Source: Lachnospiraceae bacterium (lineage in GTDB: Bacteria > Bacillota > Clostridia > Lachnospirales > Lachnospiraceae). From it: 64,000 bases of DNA. The stretch's first letter is position 1; every line of letters starts with the position of its first letter. Below are positions 31,623 through 39,546 of the stretch, one piece after another. The notes under the pieces were generated by a model. The model worked only from the letters and a program-made list of their open reading frames with translations, was not told the DNA's origin and made no database searches. Location of the stretch: assembly GCA_036310185.1 (NCBI GenBank), contig JAXJSH010000070.1:59865-123864 (forward strand), written 5' to 3'. Position numbers and translations under genes: made by a program.

Positions 31623-31802
31623 ATGAAAAAGAAGAAAAAAAATCCGTATAACATCTACGACAACCACAATTTTGCCGACAGCGCTTCCTCTACAGAATGC
31701 ACTGGTCTGATTCCCGGCAATCCGGATTCCAGAGAAACCTTTCAGACTTACAGCAATATTTACGAATTCACCGGTTCTCCCGATGACGATGATGCCTCCT
31801 GA
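31623..31802 (+). CDS. Unannotated small ORF (59 aa), hypothetical
   Basis: It is just below the 60-aa floor seen in the ORF track. RBS AAAAGGAG lies 7 nt before the ATG. Translation: MKKKKKNPYNIYDNHNFADSASSTECTGLIPGNPDSRETFQTYSNIYEFTGSPDDDDAS. A strong terminator follows directly. Confidence 0.45.
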   Translation: MKKKKKNPYNIYDNHNFADSASSTECTGLIPGNPDSRETFQTYSNIYEFTGSPDDDDAS

Positions 31803-31810
31803 TGACAGAA

Positions 31811-31847
31811 AAGGTGTAAAAAGCGTGCCACACACTTTTTACACCTT
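31811..31847. terminator. Bidirectional terminator hairpin between the small ORF and mscL
   Basis: 13-bp stem AAGGTGTAAAAAG/CTTTTTACACCTT with an 11-nt loop. A/T runs in the stem give U-tails in both orientations. Confidence 0.6.
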
Positions 31848-31886
31848 ACACACAACTATCTCAAATAATATTCTATTTTCTTCTGT

Positions 31887-32327
31887 TTAAGCTTCTTTTG
31901 AAAGATCTGAAGTACAATGTGCACATTTTGTTGCCTCAATCGGAATCTCAGACAGACAGTACGGACATTTCTTTGTAGTCGGTGCCGGAGCTTCCTCCTC
32001 TTTGACGCCAGCCAGCCGCTTTGCTTTTTCAGTCGCTTTGTTCACAGCCTTCATCATACAGAATACCACCAGCGCCATAATCAGGAAATTGAATACTGCT
32101 GTAAGGAATTTTCCGTAATTCAGTGTCACTTCTCCAAGAATGTTGAGTGACAGCTTATCGAAGTTCTTGCCCCCAAACAGACCGAGAATCGGTGAAATAA
32201 TGTCCTCGTTCAAAGACGTTACGATTGATGTAAATGCACCGCCGATGATAACACCGACTGCCATATCCATCACATTTCCTCTTGCGATGAAATCTCTAAA
32301 TTCACCCCAAAAACCTTTTTTTGCCAT
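31887..32327 (-). CDS. mscL: Large-conductance mechanosensitive channel with C-terminal zinc-ribbon tail
   Basis: Start re-set to MAKKGFWGEFRDFIARGNVMDMAVGVIIGGAF. The C-terminus carries CPYC-x12-CAHC. Confidence 0.9.
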   Translation of the reverse strand: MAKKGFWGEFRDFIARGNVMDMAVGVIIGGAFTSIVTSLNEDIISPILGLFGGKNFDKLSLNILGEVTLNYGKFLTAVFNFLIMALVVFCMMKAVNKATEKAKRLAGVKEEEAPAPTTKKCPYCLSEIPIEATKCAHCTSDLSKEA

Positions 32328-32430
32328 TTGCGTTTCCTCCCTGGTTCTTTTAATTTTTTTCTGAACGTATTTTTCCGGCAAAAATCTGCCGTTTTTTTAA
32401 TGCTTTACACCAGATTTGTAAATCCCGTAT

Positions 32431-32868
32431 TTATTCTTCCAGTTCATGAATCATTGCAATACGTCTGTTGTGACGGTCACCTTCGAACTCAGACTCCAGA
32501 TACGCGTCACAAATATCTTTTGCCAGTTCCACACCCACGATTCGCGCACCAAATGCCAAAATATTGGCATTGTTATGCTGTTTTACAAGGCGGGCTGTTG
32601 CGGTGTCACTGCATACCGCAGCGCGGATTCCCTTTACTTTATTTGCGGCAATTGAAATACCTACACCGGTACCGCAGATCAGAATACCACAGTCAACTTC
32701 CTTTGCCACTACCGCATCTGCTACTTTTTTCGCGAAGACCGGATAATCGCAGCTGTCATTTGTGTCGGTACCAAAGTTTACAATTTCATGCCCTTTTTCT
32801 TCCAGATATTTTTTGATTACCCACTTCAGTTCTGTTCCGCCGTGGTCGTTTCCCATTGCAATTTTCAC
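32431..32868 (-). CDS. rpiB: Ribose-5-phosphate isomerase B
   Basis: 145 aa. RpiB/LacAB pattern MKIAMGNDHGG...GILICGTGVGISIAANK. Confidence 0.9.
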   Translation of the reverse strand: MKIAMGNDHGGTELKWVIKKYLEEKGHEIVNFGTDTNDSCDYPVFAKKVADAVVAKEVDCGILICGTGVGISIAANKVKGIRAAVCSDTATARLVKQHNNANILAFGARIVGVELAKDICDAYLESEFEGDRHNRRIAMIHELEE

Positions 32869-33390
32869 AATAATGTCCTCCGTGTTTTCTATTCCAGTGC
32901 AGCCTGTGCACTGCTTATTTACTCCGCGAATATCTTATCACAAAGTTTTCTGTCTGGGAAGACAGGTTTTATGCAATAATTGCATTTCCGGTATAAAGCT
33001 CACAATATAATGCAGAAACCATTTTTTCATCTCCTTTCACAAAAATGAACGGAGAAACTGCTCTGATACTATTTTTCCAAAATATAAAATTATTGTCAAT
33101 ACAATATTCCTATGTATTTGTTTTCCGTTTCCCTTCTAAGTTAAACCAGCATATTTTTGCCCATTTTTCACATACTATTTACGAAAGATACCAGGGTCAA
33201 AAGTTCATATGTTTCATGCCTGCATGAAAAATGTGACTTTGATACCCGCAAAACATGAGAAAATAGCCCGAACAGGGCGGATTTCGAATATTTTTAGGAT
33301 TACGGGAGCATAAAATGCGAAGTAATCCGCAGGTATCAGGGGACAAATACCTTTTGACCCCAACATCTTACGAAAGGAAGGTGCTCAATC

Positions 33391-33519
33391 ATGCTCAACA
33401 TTCAAAACGACGGCTACGACGACGACAATATCCCGGATGTGGATCTGCCGGAGAAATCCGATTCTTCCGAAGTCAAACCAGACGACGTCCCAAGACGTGA
33501 CGGTCCCGGCGGAGAATAG
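33391..33519 (+). CDS. Possible acidic micro-ORF (42 aa), hypothetical
   Basis: RBS GGAAGGTG lies 7 nt before the ATG. Translation: MLNIQNDGYDDDNIPDVDLPEKSDSSEVKPDDVPRRDGPGGE. No family recognised, so this could be chance. Confidence 0.25.
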   Translation: MLNIQNDGYDDDNIPDVDLPEKSDSSEVKPDDVPRRDGPGGE

Positions 33520-33564
33520 AAACACCCGAAAAACCGCCAACTTCAAAACAGTCTAAATTTGCGC

Positions 33565-33597
33565 ACAAAAAAACCGCTTGAATCATCAAGCGGTTTT
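33565..33597 (-). terminator. Rho-independent terminator after the tRNA-Gly pair
   Basis: 11-bp stem AAACCGCTTGA/TCAAGCGGTTT with a 4-nt loop. A run of 7 T follows on the minus strand. Confidence 0.7.
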
Positions 33598-33600
33598 CAG

Positions 33601-33673
33601 AGCGCGAGACGGGACTCGAACCCGCGGCCTCGACCTTGGCAAGGTCGCGCTCCACCAACTGAGCCACTCGCGC
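33601..33673 (-). tRNA. tRNA-Gly (anticodon GCC)
   Basis: The reverse complement folds as a cloverleaf: acceptor GCGCGAG/CTCGCGC, D arm GCTC-AGTTGGTG-GAGC, anticodon stem CGACC/GGTCG with loop TTGCCAA, T arm GCGGG-TTCGAGT-CCCGT, discriminator U. No encoded CCA. Confidence 0.95.
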
Positions 33674-33756
33674 ATATGTTGTTTCGGAAGTTTTGCTTCC
33701 CACAACCCTTATTTAATTGCCAAACGAAAAACTTCAAATCATCAAAGCTTTTCAAG

Positions 33757-33829
33757 AGCGCGAGACGGGACTCGAACCCGCGGCCTCGACCTTGGCAAGG
33801 TCGCGCTCCACCAACTGAGCCACTCGCGC
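33757..33829 (-). tRNA. tRNA-Gly (anticodon GCC), identical second copy
   Basis: The 73-nt sequence is identical to the copy at 33601-33673, separated by an 83-nt spacer. Confidence 0.95.
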
Positions 33830-33984
33830 ATATTGTTGTTTCAGAAGTTTTTTGTGTTCCTCACAACAATAGTTATAATACACTATACCATTCACTTTGT
33901 CAACACTTTTTTTGAATTTTTTAATTATTCAAAAAACTATGACAATTATCTCGCTTACTTATTCTGTTTCATACCTGTTTTCGC

Positions 33985-34749
33985 TCAGGATTTCAGCACC
34001 GCACTGAGTACATACTGATTTTTTGAAAAAGTCTTCTGGCTGATATCTTCCAGACGGATCAGATCCAGATCAAGCCAAAGTTCCTCCGCCACGATCATAA
34101 TATGTGCAAACATAATACCAAAGTTCAGTTCATCCCATTTTTTAAATCGATCCACACTTGCCTTTTTGGAGAAAATATGAATACGGTTTGAATAAACCAC
34201 AAACCGCCATGGCTGACCGTTGTAGCTGGAAGGCGCAAGCCGGGCTGCTTCCAGAACCTTCAGTTCCCACTCTTTCGGTGTTTCTTTGTACACGCATAGT
34301 TCCCGGAGACTCAGGCGCTTTGCCTCCTGCTGCGGACGGATATGCGGTTCTTTGCTTTTACCAAATGCCACCATCATGATCAGTTCTTTGCTGCCGCGCA
34401 TGGTCTGACTTCCTTTTACCACAGCACTGCCCATAATGCAGCTTCCCAGCCCCTTTGCAGTCAGATACAGGCAAAGCTGTTCCAGAATATACCCTGCATT
34501 CATCTGATATTTATCGCTTTTCTCCGAATAAAGTGCCAGATAATACGGTGCCTTGATACCAAAAAGCCCTTTCAGTTTCTGCTGCCCACGGCTGTTGTCA
34601 ATAATGCCAAGTTCCGTGTCAATGCCCGGAAACAATCTGGGAATCTCCTGATAGAAGTTTCCAATGTCTTCCAGAATTCTGGGACTGATCGGTTCCATCA
34701 TATAATTTCGTACAGATTTTCTTACGTAAATAGCCTCTGATAAATTCAT
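33985..34749 (-). CDS. Nitroreductase-family protein
   Basis: 254 aa. N-terminal RKSVRNY motif and a later SSYNGQPWRF motif, both typical of the nitroreductase fold. Confidence 0.72.
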   Translation of the reverse strand: MNLSEAIYVRKSVRNYMMEPISPRILEDIGNFYQEIPRLFPGIDTELGIIDNSRGQQKLKGLFGIKAPYYLALYSEKSDKYQMNAGYILEQLCLYLTAKGLGSCIMGSAVVKGSQTMRGSKELIMMVAFGKSKEPHIRPQQEAKRLSLRELCVYKETPKEWELKVLEAARLAPSSYNGQPWRFVVYSNRIHIFSKKASVDRFKKWDELNFGIMFAHIMIVAEELWLDLDLIRLEDISQKTFSKNQYVLSAVLKS

Positions 34750-35022
34750 TTATTTGATCACCTACTGATTTGCTTAGTATTAGTTTATCACATATCTTTT
34801 TATTTGCAACCAAACTTTGTGACCATTTTTCTTTAAAAAAATTCCTTTTCTTGGTCATCTTAACAAAAAATCTCAATTCTGTTCACAGTTCTTTTACAAA
34901 CCCATCAAGAATTGAACACATTTTTCCTGTATATTAATACTTGTAAGAAAGATATACACACACTTTTCTTTTTCATAGCTGGTCACAGCGACCAGCACTC
35001 CTTCCTTTTTATATTATATAAT

Positions 35023-35051
35023 AAAAAAGACCGAACTAATCGGTCTTTTTT
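35023..35051 (-). terminator. Rho-independent terminator after pepF
   Basis: Stem AAAAAAGACCG/CGGTCTTTTTT with a 7-nt loop, 18 nt after the stop. Confidence 0.65.
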
Positions 35052-35068
35052 ATTTTGCTCTTATTTAT

Positions 35069-36868
35069 CTATTTTATCAGACTTTCCAGTTCCCCAACAT
35101 ATTCTTCAAAAACAGACAGTGCCTCGTTCACCGGTTCCGGCGACGTCATATCCACACCGCAGATTTTCAGCAGATCGATCGGGTCTTTGGAGCTTCCTCC
35201 GCTTAAGAACTCTTTATATTTTTCCACGATTCCCGGCTCACCGGCAAGTATCTTTTTGCTGATCGCAATGGCCGCTGAAAATCCGGTCGCATACTGATAC
35301 ACATAAAACGGCGTATAAAAATGGGGTATTCTGGACCATTCCAGTGCAATTTCGGGATCTGAAACCACTCCATCGCCATAATACTGCTGATTCAGCTTAT
35401 AATAAATATCACTTAAGTTTTCTCCGTTCAATACTTCGCCCTGTTCCACCATACGGTGAATCATTTTTTCAAATTCCGCAAACATGGTCTGACGATACAG
35501 CGTTCCTTTGAACTGATCCAGGAAATAATTAACCAGATAGGATTTTTCTCTGTCGTCTTTTGCGTGCTCCATCAGATAATGAATCAGCAGTGCCTCGTTA
35601 CAGGTGGACGCCACCTCTGCCACAAAAATGCGATATCCAGCATAGGTATAGGGCTGCTCGTGATCAGAATAATAACTGTGTATTGCATGCCCCATCTCAT
35701 GCGCCAGCGTAAACACATGGTTCAGGCTGTCGTTATAGTTCAGAAGCACATATGGGTGTGTGCCATAAGCTCCCCAGGAATAGGCTCCGCTTCGTTTTCC
35801 TTCATTTTCATACACGTCGATCCATCCATTGCTGAAGCCTTCATCCAGCTTTTCCAGATAATCTTCCCCGAGAACAGACAGACCTTCTCTTACCAGCTCT
35901 TTTGCCTGTTCAAACGGGATCTCCATATCAATATCTTTTGTGATCGGTACATGCACATCATACATATGAAGTTCATCCAGATGCAGTGCCTTTTTGCGCA
36001 GTTCCATGTACCGATACATAGCCGGCAGATGATCATGCACTGCTTCGATCAGTTTATCATATACGGACAGCGGAATATTGCCTCCATCCAGAGCAGCTGC
36101 CCGGGATGATTCATAATGGCGGGCTTTTGCGTAAAAAACAGCCTGCTGTACATTGGTATACATCAGAGAACCCAATGTGTTTTTAAATTCTCCATACTTA
36201 TGATAAAGTGTGGTAAATGCCTCTTTTCTGGCTTCCCGGTTTTTGCTTTCCAGAAAACGGATATATCTTCCGTGGGTCAGACTGGTCAATTCACCGTCTT
36301 CATCATGTATCTCACCGAATTTCAGATCTGCATTGTTAAACATGGAAAACGTGTTGTAGGGACCCTGGGCAATCTCATAGACTTTTGCCAGCATCGCCTC
36401 CATCTCTTCGGAAAGAACATGTTCTTTTGTGCGCAGACGTTCCCTGATATAACGCTCATAATGGGCCAGTCCCGATTCTTCCTCCATGAATTTTTTCAAT
36501 GTTTCCTCCGGGATCGCCAGAAGTTCCGGTTCCACATAGGATGCCGCATCGCCTGCTGCCGCCATGATACTCTGGGCACGGGCAGACAGGGTCTGATAGG
36601 TTCCGTTCCCCGTATCTTCATGATATTTCTGGTTTGCATACACATATACTTTTTCCAGAAGTTCTTCCATCTCATCCTGCGTTTTCAGCACATGCAAAAG
36701 CTGACCTGCACTTTTTCCCATCGTTCCCTGAAGCTGACGGAATTTTTCGATCAGTTCCGATGCCTTCTCTGCATCTTCTTTCCACAAATCATCGTTTGCA
36801 TATAAATCTTCTATTTTCCACTTATATTCCGGTTCCACTTCTGTACGTTTCTTCAAATTTTCAGCCAT
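35069..36868 (-). CDS. pepF: Oligoendopeptidase F (M3B)
   Basis: 599 aa. Zinc motif HEMGHAIH and M3B family features throughout. Confidence 0.9.
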   Translation of the reverse strand: MAENLKKRTEVEPEYKWKIEDLYANDDLWKEDAEKASELIEKFRQLQGTMGKSAGQLLHVLKTQDEMEELLEKVYVYANQKYHEDTGNGTYQTLSARAQSIMAAAGDAASYVEPELLAIPEETLKKFMEEESGLAHYERYIRERLRTKEHVLSEEMEAMLAKVYEIAQGPYNTFSMFNNADLKFGEIHDEDGELTSLTHGRYIRFLESKNREARKEAFTTLYHKYGEFKNTLGSLMYTNVQQAVFYAKARHYESSRAAALDGGNIPLSVYDKLIEAVHDHLPAMYRYMELRKKALHLDELHMYDVHVPITKDIDMEIPFEQAKELVREGLSVLGEDYLEKLDEGFSNGWIDVYENEGKRSGAYSWGAYGTHPYVLLNYNDSLNHVFTLAHEMGHAIHSYYSDHEQPYTYAGYRIFVAEVASTCNEALLIHYLMEHAKDDREKSYLVNYFLDQFKGTLYRQTMFAEFEKMIHRMVEQGEVLNGENLSDIYYKLNQQYYGDGVVSDPEIALEWSRIPHFYTPFYVYQYATGFSAAIAISKKILAGEPGIVEKYKEFLSGGSSKDPIDLLKICGVDMTSPEPVNEALSVFEEYVGELESLIK

Positions 36869-36998
36869 AATAGATTCCTCTTTCTACTACAATATAATGA
36901 TGCTGCATTAAGCATAACATATTATTTACAAACTATGTATACCCTACCCACCTTTTTTTATGATTATGCGTGCACTGAAAATTTTGTAAATGTTGTAC

Positions 36999-37027
36999 TT
37001 GACAACCAAATCTCTTGGTTGTATTAT
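36999..37027 (+). promoter_or_regulatory. Sigma-A promoter of the GntR-ABC operon (TTGACA-17-TATTAT)
   Basis: -35 TTGACA at 36999-37004, 17-nt spacer, -10 TATTAT at 37022-37027. Confidence 0.55.
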
Positions 37028-37047
37028 TGTATTAAATCATTAATACA
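37028..37047 (+). promoter_or_regulatory. Putative GntR/YtrA-type operator palindrome
   Basis: TGTATTAA-ATCA-TTAATACA has perfect 8-bp arms with a GT..AC core. It lies immediately after the -10 box and before the RBS. Confidence 0.45.
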
Positions 37048-37064
37048 GTTATGGAGGTGACAGA

Positions 37065-37433
37065 ATGTCATGGGAATTAAGTTCCGAGCGCCCCATTTAC
37101 GCACAGATCATCGAGAAAGTAATGATTGATATTGTTTCCGGACATTATCAGCCAGGAGAAAAACTGCCGTCTGTCCGGGATCTGGCCAGCGAAGCTGCGG
37201 TCAATCCCAACACCATGCAGAAAGCTCTCTCAGAACTAGAACGAAGCGGACTCGTATACAGCCAGCGCACCAGCGGCCGCTTCATCACGGAGGATTACAC
37301 TATGATTGAAAATGCGAAAAAGGAACTGGCGCATACACAGATTGAGGAATTCATGAAAAAAATGAATCAATTGGGACTGAGCAAAGAAGAAACCATCACA
37401 TTGATTCAGAACAGTAAGGAGGGGGATTCATGA
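37065..37433 (+). CDS. GntR-family transcriptional regulator, YtrA subfamily
   Basis: 122 aa. Winged-helix motif (LPSVRDLASEAAVNPNTMQKALSELE) with a short C-terminal domain. Confidence 0.85.
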   Translation: MSWELSSERPIYAQIIEKVMIDIVSGHYQPGEKLPSVRDLASEAAVNPNTMQKALSELERSGLVYSQRTSGRFITEDYTMIENAKKELAHTQIEEFMKKMNQLGLSKEETITLIQNSKEGDS

Positions 37434-38128
37434 GTACTCTTGTAGAATGTAAACAGCTGACCAAAAAATATTCCTCTAAGACAGCATTGAACGGTATCAA
37501 TCTGAACCTGGAGAGCGGTCGCATCATTGGGCTTCTCGGCCCCAACGGAAGCGGAAAAACAACGCTGATCAAACTGATCAACAATCTGCTGACCGTTACT
37601 TCCGGCGAACTTCTGATCGACGGAAAAGCTCCCGGCGTGGAGACAAAAGGAATCGTTTCCTATCTTCCGGAGCGTTCCTATCTCGGAAACTGGATGCGCG
37701 TAAAAGATGCACTCGATTTCTTCGCTGATTTTTACGATGATTTTGACCGCAGCCGTGCTCTTGCCATGCTGGAAAAGCTGGGTCTGCATCCTTCTGACAA
37801 GATTAAGACCATGTCAAAAGGAACCAAAGAAAAAGTGCAGCTGATTCTGGTCATGAGCCGCCGTGCACGTCTCTACTGCCTGGATGAACCGATCGCAGGT
37901 GTGGATCCGGCAGCACGGGACTACATTCTTTCTACTATTATTAATAATTATGATGAAAATGCTACTATCCTGATCTCCACCCATCTGATTTCAGATGTGG
38001 AAAATATTCTGGATGAAGTCGTTTTTATTCAGAACGGAAATATTCGCCTTCACGCATCTGTGGATGATATCCGTATGCAGGAAGGAAAATCTGTTGATAC
38101 ACTTTTCAGGGAGGTATTCCGATGCTAG
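37430..38128 (+). CDS. ABC transporter ATP-binding protein
   Basis: 232 aa. Walker A GPNGSGKTT, signature MSKGTKEK (degenerate), Walker B LYCLDEP. 4-nt overlap with the regulator gene. Confidence 0.9.
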   Translation: MSTLVECKQLTKKYSSKTALNGINLNLESGRIIGLLGPNGSGKTTLIKLINNLLTVTSGELLIDGKAPGVETKGIVSYLPERSYLGNWMRVKDALDFFADFYDDFDRSRALAMLEKLGLHPSDKIKTMSKGTKEKVQLILVMSRRARLYCLDEPIAGVDPAARDYILSTIINNYDENATILISTHLISDVENILDEVVFIQNGNIRLHASVDDIRMQEGKSVDTLFREVFRC

Positions 38129-38922
38129 GCAAATTATTCAAACACCAAATGAAATCGGTCAGTAAAGTCCTGATCATTATCCACGCAGCGCTGCTTCTTC
38201 TGGGACTTTTCCTTGGTATCACAGCGCCAAACTTTGCTGAAAGCAGCGAATTTTTCAATGCATACGAATTTATTTTTGTTTTTGCCATGGTTCTGTATAT
38301 TTTCCTGCTTGCAGGCGTACTTATGGCAACTTATATACTGTTAGGCATCCGCTTTTACCGCAATATGTTCACGGACGAAGGCTACCTGACACATACACTG
38401 CCGGTAAAAACCGGAACATTGCTGTTTTCTCATATACTGACTTTTACGGTATGGTATGTTATTTCCATGATTGTCATGTTCCTGTCCATTGCTTTACTTG
38501 TGATCGGTGCAGGAGGCGGCAGCGAATTATTTGAATTAATTTCTTATCTGCCGGAAGTCTATAACACAAGTATGCCTGTCCTGATTCTGGCAGTCGCACA
38601 ATACCTGATTGTTGGTGCCATCTCGGCCGCTACTATGATTTATCTGTCAACCTGTATCGGAAACCTGTTTGCGCCTCATAAAGTCATTGCTTCAATCGTT
38701 TCTTACATTATACTTTACATCATTGTAATGATTGTCTCCATGATATTTATGATATGCTCACCAGCCCTTAAGGATATGATGTTCTCATCCACATCTTATG
38801 TATATCTTCCAACCGAATTCATACAGACCATGTGGCAGACTGAACTGTTAACCATAATCCTTGCAGCGGTATTTTGGATTTCCAGTCATATCATTCTGAA
38901 AAAACATCTGAATATGGAGTAA
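38122..38922 (+). CDS. ABC-2-type membrane protein (putative permease partner)
   Basis: 266 aa with about 6 hydrophobic helices. It overlaps the ATPase gene by 7 nt. Confidence 0.65.
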   Translation: MLGKLFKHQMKSVSKVLIIIHAALLLLGLFLGITAPNFAESSEFFNAYEFIFVFAMVLYIFLLAGVLMATYILLGIRFYRNMFTDEGYLTHTLPVKTGTLLFSHILTFTVWYVISMIVMFLSIALLVIGAGGGSELFELISYLPEVYNTSMPVLILAVAQYLIVGAISAATMIYLSTCIGNLFAPHKVIASIVSYIILYIIVMIVSMIFMICSPALKDMMFSSTSYVYLPTEFIQTMWQTELLTIILAAVFWISSHIILKKHLNME

Positions 38923-38928
38923 AACATT

Positions 38929-38966
38929 TGGGACCGTCGCGAAAATCGCACGGTCCCAGACTTTTT
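38929..38966 (+). terminator. Rho-independent terminator of the GntR-ABC operon
   Basis: Stem TGGGACCGT/ACGGTCCCA with extra inner GCG/CGC pairs, followed by GACTTTTTAC. Confidence 0.65.
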
Positions 38967-39003
38967 ACATTATGCATCTTTATGATTCTCAAACATGCAA
39001 CGG

Positions 39004-39546
39004 TTATCTTTTACTTAAATCAGTATCTTTCTCGCTAAACTGTCTCTCAACAATTTTCACATTCCCCTTATACGTTTGTCGAATCATTCTCTCCAAATTG
39101 GTATACTCTGGTGAAGCTTTCAAATTTGGCGTAGAAGATGTAACAATTGCTCTCGCATACACATGACTAAACTTTCGAAAAACATCTTTATATAATATCA
39201 AGGTTCCTTTCAGTTGTTCTAATGCTTTTTGCACGTTAACCCCTTTCAATTCTGTTAAAACAGCAGTCAATTCCGAATCATCCACAACATAAAAGTAATC
39301 ACATTTGTTTGTATGTGGAGGCACTGTATTGTCCTCAACAATAATACCATTATCCATTTTATATAAAATCACATGGTTCTTTTTAGTATTTTCCAATATA
39401 TACTTTTTCTTGCTTTCTTCGCACTTTACAGCAGAACGATTGTCCGATGACTCAATGCAAACAGATTGATTTCTATTATCACATTCAGCTAACGAAATCC
39501 CCGCCAATTGCCCGTCTATACATTCTTGCAATTTTTTACAAATCAT
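39004..39546 (-). CDS. Hypothetical 180-aa protein with PD-(D/E)xK-like motif (putative nuclease partner of the ATPase)
   Basis: The ATG overlaps the ATPase stop (ATGA). Alternating beta-like segments HVILYKMDNGIIVED, KCDYFYVVDD and TAVLTELKG are followed by the helix VQKALEQL. This gives D83/D89-x-E99-L-K101, which matches the D...ExK layout. The gene is AT-rich. Confidence 0.6.
   Translation of the reverse strand: MICKKLQECIDGQLAGISLAECDNRNQSVCIESSDNRSAVKCEESKKKYILENTKKNHVILYKMDNGIIVEDNTVPPHTNKCDYFYVVDDSELTAVLTELKGVNVQKALEQLKGTLILYKDVFRKFSHVYARAIVTSSTPNLKASPEYTNLERMIRQTYKGNVKIVERQFSEKDTDLSKR

Noticed and set aside
31599-31835. A 78-aa minus-strand ORF in the hydrolase-mscL intergenic region.
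   Set aside because: - It has no RBS.
- It overlaps the terminator hairpin.
- The plus-strand 59-aa ORF on the same DNA has much better start and stop signals.
33559-34018. Plus-strand ORFs of 118 and 146 aa with an internal repeat (RDSNPRPRPWQGRAPPTEPLAH twice).
   Set aside because: The repeat is simply the translation of the two identical tRNA-Gly genes read on the opposite strand. It is not a protein.
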